Shown here one piece after another: positions 9,853 to 18,870 of a stretch of 64,000 nucleotides of DNA. This DNA comes from a virus. The stretch is from positions 12,825-76,824 of the IMG/VR virus record IMGVR_UViG_3300022689_000178; one strand, written 5' to 3'. The notes beneath the pieces were generated by a model. That model did no database searches. It saw only the letters and a program-made list of their open reading frames with translations, and was not told the origin of the DNA. Position 1 is the first letter of the stretch. The number at the start of each line of letters is the position of its first letter. The position numbers and the translations under genes are program-made.

Positions 9853-10096
9853 TAAATTTAAAGTTGGACAAAAAGTGATAGCTAAAAAATTAGCTTGGTC
9901 GGGAGATGGCAATCAAACACCATTTCATAAAATTGATGTTGAGGGTGAAATAACATCAATAAAAGGAATATCGGATAAACATAATAGTATGTATAAATAT
10001 GAATTTACTTGGCATAAAGGACGGATGTATACAAATGGAAATCCACATAATTCGGGTGAAATTACAGGCAAATTAATTCCGGCAAATAATAAATAG
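9812..10096 (+). CDS. Hypothetical protein (SH3/KOW-like FKVGQKV)
   Basis: ORF in operon. Confidence 0.5.
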   Translation: MLKFMVMCNCKSINKFKVGQKVIAKKLAWSGDGNQTPFHKIDVEGEITSIKGISDKHNSMYKYEFTWHKGRMYTNGNPHNSGEITGKLIPANNK

Positions 10097-10116
10097 TAAT
10101 AAATTAATAGGGAGAA

Positions 10117-10338
10117 TTGAAAATGAGAATTAAGATTAATTTTAAAATAATTCAAGCAGGAAAAAATGAGGTGGGTTCTGTTGAATTAGATTTAAGCAAT
10201 TATGCAATTACTAAAAAAGAATGGAATATGATACGTGAAGATCAAAAAAAGAAATTACTTGAGGATTATATAGTGCTATGTTATGATACGATAGATTATG
10301 ATTCAATAGATAATATCAATTATTATGAAATTAAATAA
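10117..10338 (+). CDS. Hypothetical protein
   Basis: ORF in operon. Confidence 0.5.
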   Translation: MKMRIKINFKIIQAGKNEVGSVELDLSNYAITKKEWNMIREDQKKKLLEDYIVLCYDTIDYDSIDNINYYEIK

Positions 10339-10344
10339 AAAAAT

Positions 10345-10770
10345 ATGGATATATGTATTGATTTTGATGGAACATGTGTATCACATGAATTTCCAAAAGT
10401 AGGTAAGGATATTGGAGCAGTTCCGGTATTGAAAAAATTACTTAAAAATGGACATAGATTAATTCTATATACCATGCGAAGTAATATTAGTAAAGTTAAG
10501 ACAATAGATAATAATATTTGTGATAAGCCAGATAATTATTTAACTGATGCTGTAATGTGGTTTTGTGAAAATAAAATTGAATTGTATGGAATAAATAAAA
10601 ATCCTACTCAACATGGATGGACTAATAGCCCAAAGGTATATGGGCAATTATATATTGATGATTCAGGGTTAGGTATTCCATTAACATATAATTCTGAAAT
10701 TTCATTAAAACCGTATGTTAATTGGAAAATTGTTGAAAAAATGCTAATAAATAAAGGTTTAATAAAATAA
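10345..10770 (+). CDS. HAD-superfamily phosphatase (BT0820-like)
   Basis: DFDGTCV.HEFP..G, LILYT.R, SPKVYG.LYIDD. Confidence 0.85.
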   Translation: MDICIDFDGTCVSHEFPKVGKDIGAVPVLKKLLKNGHRLILYTMRSNISKVKTIDNNICDKPDNYLTDAVMWFCENKIELYGINKNPTQHGWTNSPKVYGQLYIDDSGLGIPLTYNSEISLKPYVNWKIVEKMLINKGLIK

Positions 10771-10779
10771 TATTAATTT

Positions 10780-11541
10780 GTGAAAGATAAAAGAAATAAA
10801 TTAGATAAATTTTATACTCCTAAAATAGTAGCTAAAAAATGTATTGATTTGACTTATGCAATATTTAATAATTTTTCTGAAATTATTGAACCATCGGCAG
10901 GGAATGGAAGTTTTAGTTTACAAATAAAAGATTGTATAGCTTATGATATTGATCCAGATCATGAAACAATTATAAAGCAGGATTTTTTAAAATTAAATTT
11001 ATTATATAAAAAGGATAGGCTTGTAATTGGAAATCCTCCATTTGGAGAAAGAAGTAATTTAACACGAACGTTTTATAAAAAATGTATTCATATATGCGAT
11101 TATATTGGTTTTATATTATCTATTGGATTTTTAAATAATATAGATAGTTTATATGAATTTGATTTAATTAAAAGTATTGATTTGGGTATTTTGAGTTATT
11201 CAAATATAAAAGTTCATTGTTGTTTTAATTTATATAAAAGGCCAAAACAATTAAATAGAAAACCTGTTTATGACAAAAAAGTTATTATATATGATGAAAG
11301 GCAAAAAAATTATGCGAATGTAAATTATGATTTTGCTATTTATAGGCGTGGTAGTAGTGTTGGTAAATTAAGAAATAAAAATTTACATACACAAACTTAT
11401 AAAATTTATGTCAAAAATCGTTCGGAAGTGGAAAATATTAAAAATAAAATTTTATCTACTGATTGGTTAAATTATAGGCTTTTCCCTTCTATTCCTTATA
11501 TTACAAAAAATGATATATATAAAATGTTAAATAAAAATTAA
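10780..11541 (+). CDS. DNA adenine methyltransferase (gamma-type motif order)
   Basis: DKFYTP, EPSAGNGSF, GNPPFG. Confidence 0.85.
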   Translation: MKDKRNKLDKFYTPKIVAKKCIDLTYAIFNNFSEIIEPSAGNGSFSLQIKDCIAYDIDPDHETIIKQDFLKLNLLYKKDRLVIGNPPFGERSNLTRTFYKKCIHICDYIGFILSIGFLNNIDSLYEFDLIKSIDLGILSYSNIKVHCCFNLYKRPKQLNRKPVYDKKVIIYDERQKNYANVNYDFAIYRRGSSVGKLRNKNLHTQTYKIYVKNRSEVENIKNKILSTDWLNYRLFPSIPYITKNDIYKMLNKN

Positions 11542-11985
11542 ATGAAAATTATGAAAAACTTATTTAAAAGAAAAAGAACGTGTGAAAGCTTAGACAGAAA
11601 GCATAAAGCATATTTTATTAATATGGCATTGCAAAATATGGGATTAATGGAACGTATGGATTCTGTATTTAGGAATTTAGATAAAATGGCCGGACAGTTT
11701 AGAAAAAATAATATGAGCCGGGATAAATTACAAAAAGTATTAATAGAGTATGTAAAAAAAATCGATCCTATATTAAATGAATTTGATGCAATTAAAAAAG
11801 AAACTCCTAATTTATTGTTAATTACTCTTAGCTTAATGGATTCAAAATTCATTAAAAATAATGTAGTACATGAAAATCCTAAAACGGATAGACAGAATTA
11901 TGAAAATTTTGAAGCAATAAGAAATTTTGCCTTACAATATGTAGAAGAAAATATGCCTAAAACTCTAAAATTGAAAAAAGTTTAA
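11542..11985 (+). CDS. Hypothetical protein
   Basis: ORF track. Confidence 0.6.
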   Translation: MKIMKNLFKRKRTCESLDRKHKAYFINMALQNMGLMERMDSVFRNLDKMAGQFRKNNMSRDKLQKVLIEYVKKIDPILNEFDAIKKETPNLLLITLSLMDSKFIKNNVVHENPKTDRQNYENFEAIRNFALQYVEENMPKTLKLKKV

Positions 11986-12072
11986 AATTGATCAAATCAA
12001 ATTAAGTATATATATTTTTCCGATCAATCGGTATTTTATGTATAGTTTATATTAAAGCAGATTTTATAATAT

Positions 12073-12216
12073 TTTTTTGTACAAAGAATTATACAAATAT
12101 AGAATCAAAGAGTATTTTCCATAACATTATTTTTTTTATTTTCGTTAAATGTAATGTAATTAGGCTTTTAATCAATATGTCTTTGATCAATATTTGATTT
12201 TTCTTTGTACAAAAAA
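12073..12216. repeat. 16-bp perfect inverted repeat TTTTTTGTACAAAGAA (12073-12088 and 12201-12216)
   Basis: Read directly in the 327-bp intergenic region before the putative terS. Confidence 0.75.
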
Positions 12217-12312
12217 GTATGGTATATGTTTGTAAGTTAGAATTTTATAAATTTAATTTGGTGATAATTTTGGGCAATAATGGATATGTGGTTTAACTAA
12301 AAGTTATTAAAA

Positions 12313-12969
12313 ATGTCAAGATGTAAAGAAGAGGCAAAACAATATGCAAAGGAGTTGTATATGACATTAGATGAGTATGGAAATCCCGCATATACGCAAA
12401 CAGATATAATAAAACGTGTACAAAAAAAGTTCGGTAGAAAGAAAGGAATTACACGAGGAACATTGGTAGGATTGATCAGGAGTGAGGACTGGCAATTGAA
12501 ATTAAATAATTTACGGGCTGCCATTCAATTAAAAGGTTTTGCTTCTTTTGAAAAGATTGTAGATAGTGATGGTTGCGAGATAGATGACGCTTTATTATTA
12601 TCAAAATTAGATTCTGAATTAAAGGTAGCAAATGGAGAAAGTTTTAATGAGATTGTAAAAGAGATTATACAAAATAGGAGTAATTTAGTTGTTAATGCCG
12701 GTATGATAGCTACTGAAATGAGTCATGTGGGAATGATTATAATACGTGTTCAGTTAGTCCGGTTTTTACAAGAATTACAAAAAAAACCTATTGAGGAGGT
12801 TGATCCAAATAAATTCTTTAAAATACCGGATGCAATTAATATGATTGGTCAGTTGAATAATTTTGTAACTAAAATTAATCAAATTAATGTAAATCAAACT
12901 AATTTGCAAATATTACCATCCGAGCAAAGAGAACAATTATTGGATATGATTAAAGGATTTGATATATGA
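12313..12969 (+). CDS. Putative terminase small subunit
   Basis: N-terminal HTH-like AKELY....YTQTDI..RV; upstream of terL; INVNQTN tail. Confidence 0.55.
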   Translation: MSRCKEEAKQYAKELYMTLDEYGNPAYTQTDIIKRVQKKFGRKKGITRGTLVGLIRSEDWQLKLNNLRAAIQLKGFASFEKIVDSDGCEIDDALLLSKLDSELKVANGESFNEIVKEIIQNRSNLVVNAGMIATEMSHVGMIIIRVQLVRFLQELQKKPIEEVDPNKFFKIPDAINMIGQLNNFVTKINQINVNQTNLQILPSEQREQLLDMIKGFDI

Positions 12970-13304
12970 TAGATAAAGACAGCATATTAACACAAATAGC
13001 AAATGATATTCATAAAAAACAAATTGAAAAAGGATTTTGGGACGAACCAAAAACATTTGAATTTTTAATAATGTGTTGTATTATAGAATTGTCTAAATTA
13101 TCAGAATCGCATTATGAACAAAAATATGTAAATGATTTTAGCAATAAAAAAGATGAATATAAAAACCAAGAATGGTTCAAAGAAAAAATAAAAAATAGTT
13201 TTGAAAGCAGGATAGCTAAATTGTTTATAAGGTTATTTGACATTTGTGGTTTTTTAGGAATAGATATAGATTTTTATATTGAGTTGGAAATATTTAAAAA
13301 ATGA
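12966..13304 (+). CDS. MazG-like NTP pyrophosphohydrolase (degenerate)
   Basis: IH....EKGFW, ELS...E, E..IA.LFIRLFD.CG..GID pattern with some acidic residues lost. Confidence 0.55.
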   Translation: MIDKDSILTQIANDIHKKQIEKGFWDEPKTFEFLIMCCIIELSKLSESHYEQKYVNDFSNKKDEYKNQEWFKEKIKNSFESRIAKLFIRLFDICGFLGIDIDFYIELEIFKK

Positions 13305-13486
13305 TATTAAGAAAAAATTGGAAATAAACGAAAATTGATGCTTATTCGGAGTTTAATAACCCTGTTATAATTGAAGAAGTAAAAAAAGGGAAAGATTAAA
13401 TGTAATTATTGTAGAAGAACGGGTAAACATCAAAAATCGTAGAGTAGAAATATTAATTAGAAATTATAATAATAAATTAACTTTAT

Positions 13487-15562
13487 TTGATCAAAAATTT
13501 AATGGAAATAAATAAATCAAATATATCACAAATAAAAGATGTTGAATTATTAAGATTATTAAAGGGTGAGGTTTCTAAAAGTTTATATGTGTTTGTACAA
13601 TTTGTTTTCCGGATATTACTTCCAAATGAGAAATTTCAAACAAACTGGCATATAAAATATATTTGTGATATTTTGCAAAAAGAAACTGAGCGAATTGTAC
13701 AGCAAAAACCAAAAGATAAAAATATACTTATTAATGTGCCCCCACGTAGTTTGAAATCAATTATATGTAATGTAGCATGGCCAGCATGGAGTTGGATAAA
13801 ATCACCTTCGTTAAAATGGATTAGCTCATCTTGCCGTAAAGATTTATCCTTAAAAATGAATGTAGATTGTAGAAAAGTAATAGAAAGTACATTATATAGA
13901 ACATTGTTTCCGGATTTAATGATTGCACACGGCCAAAACCAAAAATCAAGATTTGAAAATTTATATGGAGGCAGTAAATTAGCATGTTCAACGGAATCCG
14001 GTGTTGTAGGTGAAGGTGCTGATATTATAATTTTTGATGATCCATTAGAACCAAAAAAACGAAGATCAGATTTGGAACGTGAAAAAGCAATTGAACATGT
14101 AAAGCAATTGTCAACACGTTTAAATGATTCAAAAGTTGGATTAATAGCCGGTATAATGCAGCGATTACATGAAACTGACCCATCCGGTTATTTGTTGAAA
14201 AATAAAAGTGATTCATGGTTTCATATATGTATACCGGCTGTTCTGACAAGTAAAGTAAAGCCTAAAGAATTAGAAAAAAAATATATAGATAAATTATTTT
14301 TTCCGGATAGGTTTCCGGAGCTTGTATTGAAAGAAAAGGAATATGATTTGGGAGTGGTAGATTATGAAGGACAATTTTTGCAAAACCCATCTCCGGTTGC
14401 TGGTAATATAATAAAACGTGAATGGTTTCCTTTTATATCGTATGAGAAATTCACTGTATTATTAAAAAAAGCAAAAAATGCACAAAAGATATATATTACT
14501 GATAGTGCTTTAACAGAAGAAAAAGAAAATGATGCAACTGGAACAATAGGAGGAGTATTAATAAATGGATATTGTTATATATTTTGTGCCGAAAAAGTTA
14601 GATTAGAATTTCCTGAATTAATAGAATACATTCCGCTTTTTCTTGAAAGAAATGAATATGATTATAAAAGTATTTTACAAATAGAACCTAAAGTAAATGG
14701 CCATTCTATTGTCCAACAATTAAAAAAAGATACAACTATTAATGTAATGAAGTTAAAAGCTCCTACCGATTCAAAAGAAGAACGGTTGCAAACAAGGAGT
14801 TATGTGATTAAAACAGGGCGAGTTATTATAGTAACGGGCGTGTGGAATGAAGAATTTATAGATGATATTGTAGGTTTCCCATATAGGGATGATAAAGAAT
14901 TTGTAGATTGTTTATGTTATTTAATAGATGCTTGTTTTGATGAATCATTGAAAAAAATATTTACGTATGATACATTAATTATATCATTATTTGGAATGGA
15001 TAATGATATATTTTATAATATTATAAAAGATTGTCCGAGATGGGATAGTTTTGAGTATATCATAATGTCAATTTATGAAGGTTATGATGGTTCAGATTAT
15101 AATATTATATCTGTATTTGGAATTGATAAAGATAATACGTTTTATTTAATAGCATTTAAACGTATTAAATGTAATCCATTAGAATTTTCAAAAAGAATTA
15201 TGGCATTATATACCAATTTTCAACCAAATTATGTAATTACATTAAATAACAGTTTAATGCAAATACAAGATTATTTTAAAAACCAAGAAATTCGTATAAT
15301 ATCTGAGAAAGAAAGTAGATATAAATTATCATTAATTGAAAGTTTAGATGTAATTGCTGTTTGGTGGAAACAAGGCCGGATAAAATTACCGAATGGTAGT
15401 AAATATGCACGGGAACAAAGTGAAATTATAATGCAAGAATTTAATCAATTAAATTATATTGATATAAAAGATAAAAAACTGTTTATAAAGAAGGGTATTA
15501 TAAACACATTCTGGCTTGCATTTAAAGGTTTATATATAGTTAATAATGACATACAATTTTAA
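13487..15562 (+). CDS. terL: Terminase large subunit with extra C-terminal domain
   Basis: INVPPRSLKS (Walker A), IIFDDP (Walker B), IMQRLHE.D, nuclease DSA..D..G and DD.VD. Confidence 0.92.
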   Translation: MIKNLMEINKSNISQIKDVELLRLLKGEVSKSLYVFVQFVFRILLPNEKFQTNWHIKYICDILQKETERIVQQKPKDKNILINVPPRSLKSIICNVAWPAWSWIKSPSLKWISSSCRKDLSLKMNVDCRKVIESTLYRTLFPDLMIAHGQNQKSRFENLYGGSKLACSTESGVVGEGADIIIFDDPLEPKKRRSDLEREKAIEHVKQLSTRLNDSKVGLIAGIMQRLHETDPSGYLLKNKSDSWFHICIPAVLTSKVKPKELEKKYIDKLFFPDRFPELVLKEKEYDLGVVDYEGQFLQNPSPVAGNIIKREWFPFISYEKFTVLLKKAKNAQKIYITDSALTEEKENDATGTIGGVLINGYCYIFCAEKVRLEFPELIEYIPLFLERNEYDYKSILQIEPKVNGHSIVQQLKKDTTINVMKLKAPTDSKEERLQTRSYVIKTGRVIIVTGVWNEEFIDDIVGFPYRDDKEFVDCLCYLIDACFDESLKKIFTYDTLIISLFGMDNDIFYNIIKDCPRWDSFEYIIMSIYEGYDGSDYNIISVFGIDKDNTFYLIAFKRIKCNPLEFSKRIMALYTNFQPNYVITLNNSLMQIQDYFKNQEIRIISEKESRYKLSLIESLDVIAVWWKQGRIKLPNGSKYAREQSEIIMQEFNQLNYIDIKDKKLFIKKGIINTFWLAFKGLYIVNNDIQF

Positions 15563-15563
15563 A

Positions 15564-15573
15564 CAGTAATATT
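15564..15573 (+). promoter_or_regulatory. Putative late promoter CAGTAATATT (portal)
   Basis: Same 10-mer upstream of other structural genes. Confidence 0.7.
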
Positions 15574-15650
15574 TTTTATAAATTTGTAGCGATTAGATAA
15601 AAAAACAAATTAAATCCAATGAAAAAAAAAAGAATATACTAAAACGATTT

Positions 15651-17330
15651 GTGAGTCTTTTCAAAAAATCAAATAAGTTTTATACTCCTACGTATACACC
15701 CACATTAAAAAAAACAATTATTACACCGGAACAGCGAATAGTTGAAGAGGAGATGGTATTACAAAAAGCAATTAATAGCCAAAATCCTGAATTAATTGCA
15801 AAAGCATTACAAAATATAGAAAATAATTCCAATTTACAAGTAGAATCTAAAGGTAAAAAAATCAATCCTTTAGATTTTATTACTTTTTCCGGCTATAAAG
15901 AAAAATGGCAAGAACCATCATGGGAATTATTAGATGTAATGGGCAGACAAGAAAATGTTAATGCCATTAAAAAAGTAAGGAAAAATCAAACAATTCCTTT
16001 TACTCAAAGACAAAAGGATAAATTCAGTATTGGCTACACAATTAATAAAAAAGATAATTCAAAAATTACAAAAGTAGAAGAAAAACAAATTGAACAATTA
16101 TATAATTTCTTTGACAATTGTGGTTTTAATGAATATTCTGTATTGATTGGAAGTAAATTGGTTAAGAAAAAAAGAAGAGCTAAATTTTCAGATTGGATGA
16201 AAACAATGGTAGATAATAGTTACACTTATGATCATGCTCCCTATGAAATTGTTTTAAATAGTTTAGGTGAACCGATTTATTTTACAACTCTTGATGCAAA
16301 AACTATTAGACAAGCGGATTCTTATTTTGAAGAAATTTATTCAGGTTCAAGGGAACAGAAAAATGGAGAATATCCTAAATGGATTCAAATTATTAATGAT
16401 GTTGAAGTATCGGCTTTTTATGAGGATGAAATAGATGTTGTTATCCGAAATCCACAAGAAAACATATATAATTATGGATATGGCCGATCTGAATTGGAGG
16501 ATTTAATTAAGGTAGTTACTAATTTGATAAATGCTTATAAACATAATTCACGGGCTTTTTCTGAAATATTAGCTGACAGAATAATTAACATAAAAGGCAA
16601 TACCACTACTCCCCGTTTAAATGAATTTAGACAATTAGTTAGAGCTACTTTAATGGGTACAAATAATTCTCATGGCAATTTAATTACTGCAAGCGAGAAA
16701 GGAATGGAAATAATTAAATTGAATGAGAATAATAAAGATATGGAATATAGTCAATGGATTCGGATATTAGTATCTTTATTGTGTTCATTATATACCATTG
16801 CGCCTGAAGAGATAAATTTTGAATCCGTAAAAAGTGCCGCCGCCCCGTTAAATGAAAAAAATAATGAAAAATTATTAAAATATTCTAAAGATTTAGGTTT
16901 ACGCCCCATTCTTAAAACATTAGAAGATAGTTTAAATAATAAAATAACATGTAAATTTTTTGATAGCAAATATCAATTAAATTTTGTTGGATTGGATGCG
17001 GATTCACCGGAACAATACTTGCAAAATCAAAAATTAAAATTAGAAACTACCTATACAATTAATGAAATAAGGGCTGAGGATAATAGACCACCGATTGAGG
17101 GCGGAGATATTATATTAAGTCAAGTATTTACAGGTTATTTACAAGGATTACAACAATCACAACAAAATGACAATCAAGACCAGCAAAATAAAGAAGGTGA
17201 AGAACAATTGAAGGAACAAAATATAGAAACAGAACAGCAAGAAAAAGCATATAAAGCATTTAATACCGAAAATATATATCAAAATCTAATTGTTAATTAT
17301 TTGAATAAAATTGAAGAAAATAATGTGTGA
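15651..17330 (+). CDS. Portal protein
   Basis: YGYGRSELE, NKDMEYSQW, PEEINF, TINEIRAE...PPIEGGDIIL; follows terL. Confidence 0.92.
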   Translation: MSLFKKSNKFYTPTYTPTLKKTIITPEQRIVEEEMVLQKAINSQNPELIAKALQNIENNSNLQVESKGKKINPLDFITFSGYKEKWQEPSWELLDVMGRQENVNAIKKVRKNQTIPFTQRQKDKFSIGYTINKKDNSKITKVEEKQIEQLYNFFDNCGFNEYSVLIGSKLVKKKRRAKFSDWMKTMVDNSYTYDHAPYEIVLNSLGEPIYFTTLDAKTIRQADSYFEEIYSGSREQKNGEYPKWIQIINDVEVSAFYEDEIDVVIRNPQENIYNYGYGRSELEDLIKVVTNLINAYKHNSRAFSEILADRIINIKGNTTTPRLNEFRQLVRATLMGTNNSHGNLITASEKGMEIIKLNENNKDMEYSQWIRILVSLLCSLYTIAPEEINFESVKSAAAPLNEKNNEKLLKYSKDLGLRPILKTLEDSLNNKITCKFFDSKYQLNFVGLDADSPEQYLQNQKLKLETTYTINEIRAEDNRPPIEGGDIILSQVFTGYLQGLQQSQQNDNQDQQNKEGEEQLKEQNIETEQQEKAYKAFNTENIYQNLIVNYLNKIEENNV

Positions 17331-18498
17331 AATTTGTAAAGCATATAAGGATTTTGAACATTCTATTAAAATACATAATGCAAATAAGCAAAAGGAACAT
17401 TTATATCAAAGCGAATTTCCGGTTGTTAATGAATATGAACGTAAATTTAAAAATTATTTCGCAAATTTAGCCGGCAAAATAATGGATGATTTGGTTAAAG
17501 AAGCATTCAAAATAATAAAGGAAAAGAGTAAAATAAAAAAAGCATTGGTAATGGATATAAACGAAATTGACAGATTAAGACAAATAATAGATAAAAATGT
17601 ATTGTCTTTTATATCCCAAAATTTTGGGGTAGAACAATTAACTGATAGTGAAAAAGAATTTTTGTTAAAACATAACATTAATCCCTATGAATTATCAAAA
17701 GAACAATTATCTATTATTGATATTGCTTTTAAACACGGGATGTATCTACAAGATGCCGGCAGAGATAATGCAAAAAAAATTAACTTACATACATTTGAAC
17801 AAAAATTGAAAAGCAATAAATTCTTACCTTTAAGTGAAAAAGAAAAAGCGGCATTAAATTCTGTTAAATTAGAGAGTGCAAAACATATTAAAGGTTTAGG
17901 AAATAGATGGAATGATCAAACTCAATCTATATTAATTGAGGCGGATAAAAAGAAACGTAAAGAATTAGAACGTGTTATTACTGATAAAACAAAAGAGGCA
18001 ATTGTTAACAGATCGACTGTACAGGAATTTGCAAGCGATTTGGGACATGCAACTGGTCAATGGAGCAGGGATTTAATCCGAAATTCTCAATATATATTGC
18101 ATGATGCACATGAACAGGGTTCGGCACATGAGGCCGAAAGACTAAATGGAGGTGATGCTAAAGTATATAAAAGAGTATATACAGGTGCATGTAAACATTG
18201 TGAACGATTATTCCTTACGAATGGAATAGGTAGTAAGCCAATTGTATTTACATTATCTAAATTGAGAGATAATGGTAGTAATATAGGGAAAAAAGTAGAC
18301 CAATGGCAGGCAACTATTTCTCCGGTACATCCTTATTGTCGTTGTGAATTGGTAGTATTAGAAGATTGGGAAATATGGGATGAAGAAAAAGGCAAATTTG
18401 TTACTAAGAAAAAATCTAAAGATGAATTGGAACAAAAAAAGCAAGAAATAAGAAGGAAAATACTTGAAAAAAGAAAAAAAGAGAGATTAAATGTGTAA
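17323..18498 (+). CDS. Head morphogenesis protein (Mu gpF/SPP1 gp7-like)
   Basis: ACKHC and PVHPYCRC motifs; follows portal. Confidence 0.8.
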   Translation: MCEICKAYKDFEHSIKIHNANKQKEHLYQSEFPVVNEYERKFKNYFANLAGKIMDDLVKEAFKIIKEKSKIKKALVMDINEIDRLRQIIDKNVLSFISQNFGVEQLTDSEKEFLLKHNINPYELSKEQLSIIDIAFKHGMYLQDAGRDNAKKINLHTFEQKLKSNKFLPLSEKEKAALNSVKLESAKHIKGLGNRWNDQTQSILIEADKKKRKELERVITDKTKEAIVNRSTVQEFASDLGHATGQWSRDLIRNSQYILHDAHEQGSAHEAERLNGGDAKVYKRVYTGACKHCERLFLTNGIGSKPIVFTLSKLRDNGSNIGKKVDQWQATISPVHPYCRCELVVLEDWEIWDEEKGKFVTKKKSKDELEQKKQEIRRKILEKRKKERLNV

Positions 18499-18561
18499 AA
18501 TAGTATATTATATTTTACGAAATTAATATAGATATAAATTTAAAACTAAACTATATTAATT

Positions 18562-18870
18562 ATGAAAACTAAAGCGATTTGTTATCGCCCAAATGATAAA
18601 GACAATTTATTAAATGTTCCAAATTCATTAAATTTAGGACAAATAGAAGTAAATAATAAGGAAATAAGGATTGAAACATTTGACAATAAAGTCGTGGGAT
18701 TTGCTTATGTATTTAAACACAAAGATCAATTAACAACTGTAATTGAATATAAAGATGATATTGAATTAAATGAATATGATATAATTTTAGATTTTGAAAT
18801 AAAGGATAGAAAGTATATTTCTAAAAAAATATATTTGACTCATAAGAAATTTTACAATATGACATTATGA
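18562..18870 (+). CDS. Hypothetical protein
   Basis: ORF track. Confidence 0.55.
   Translation: MKTKAICYRPNDKDNLLNVPNSLNLGQIEVNNKEIRIETFDNKVVGFAYVFKHKDQLTTVIEYKDDIELNEYDIILDFEIKDRKYISKKIYLTHKKFYNMTL

Noticed and set aside
13301-13500. Possible decayed gene ending RRVEILIRNY (Dam-like C-terminal motif) before terL
   Set aside because: Fragmented across frames and too short to support a call.
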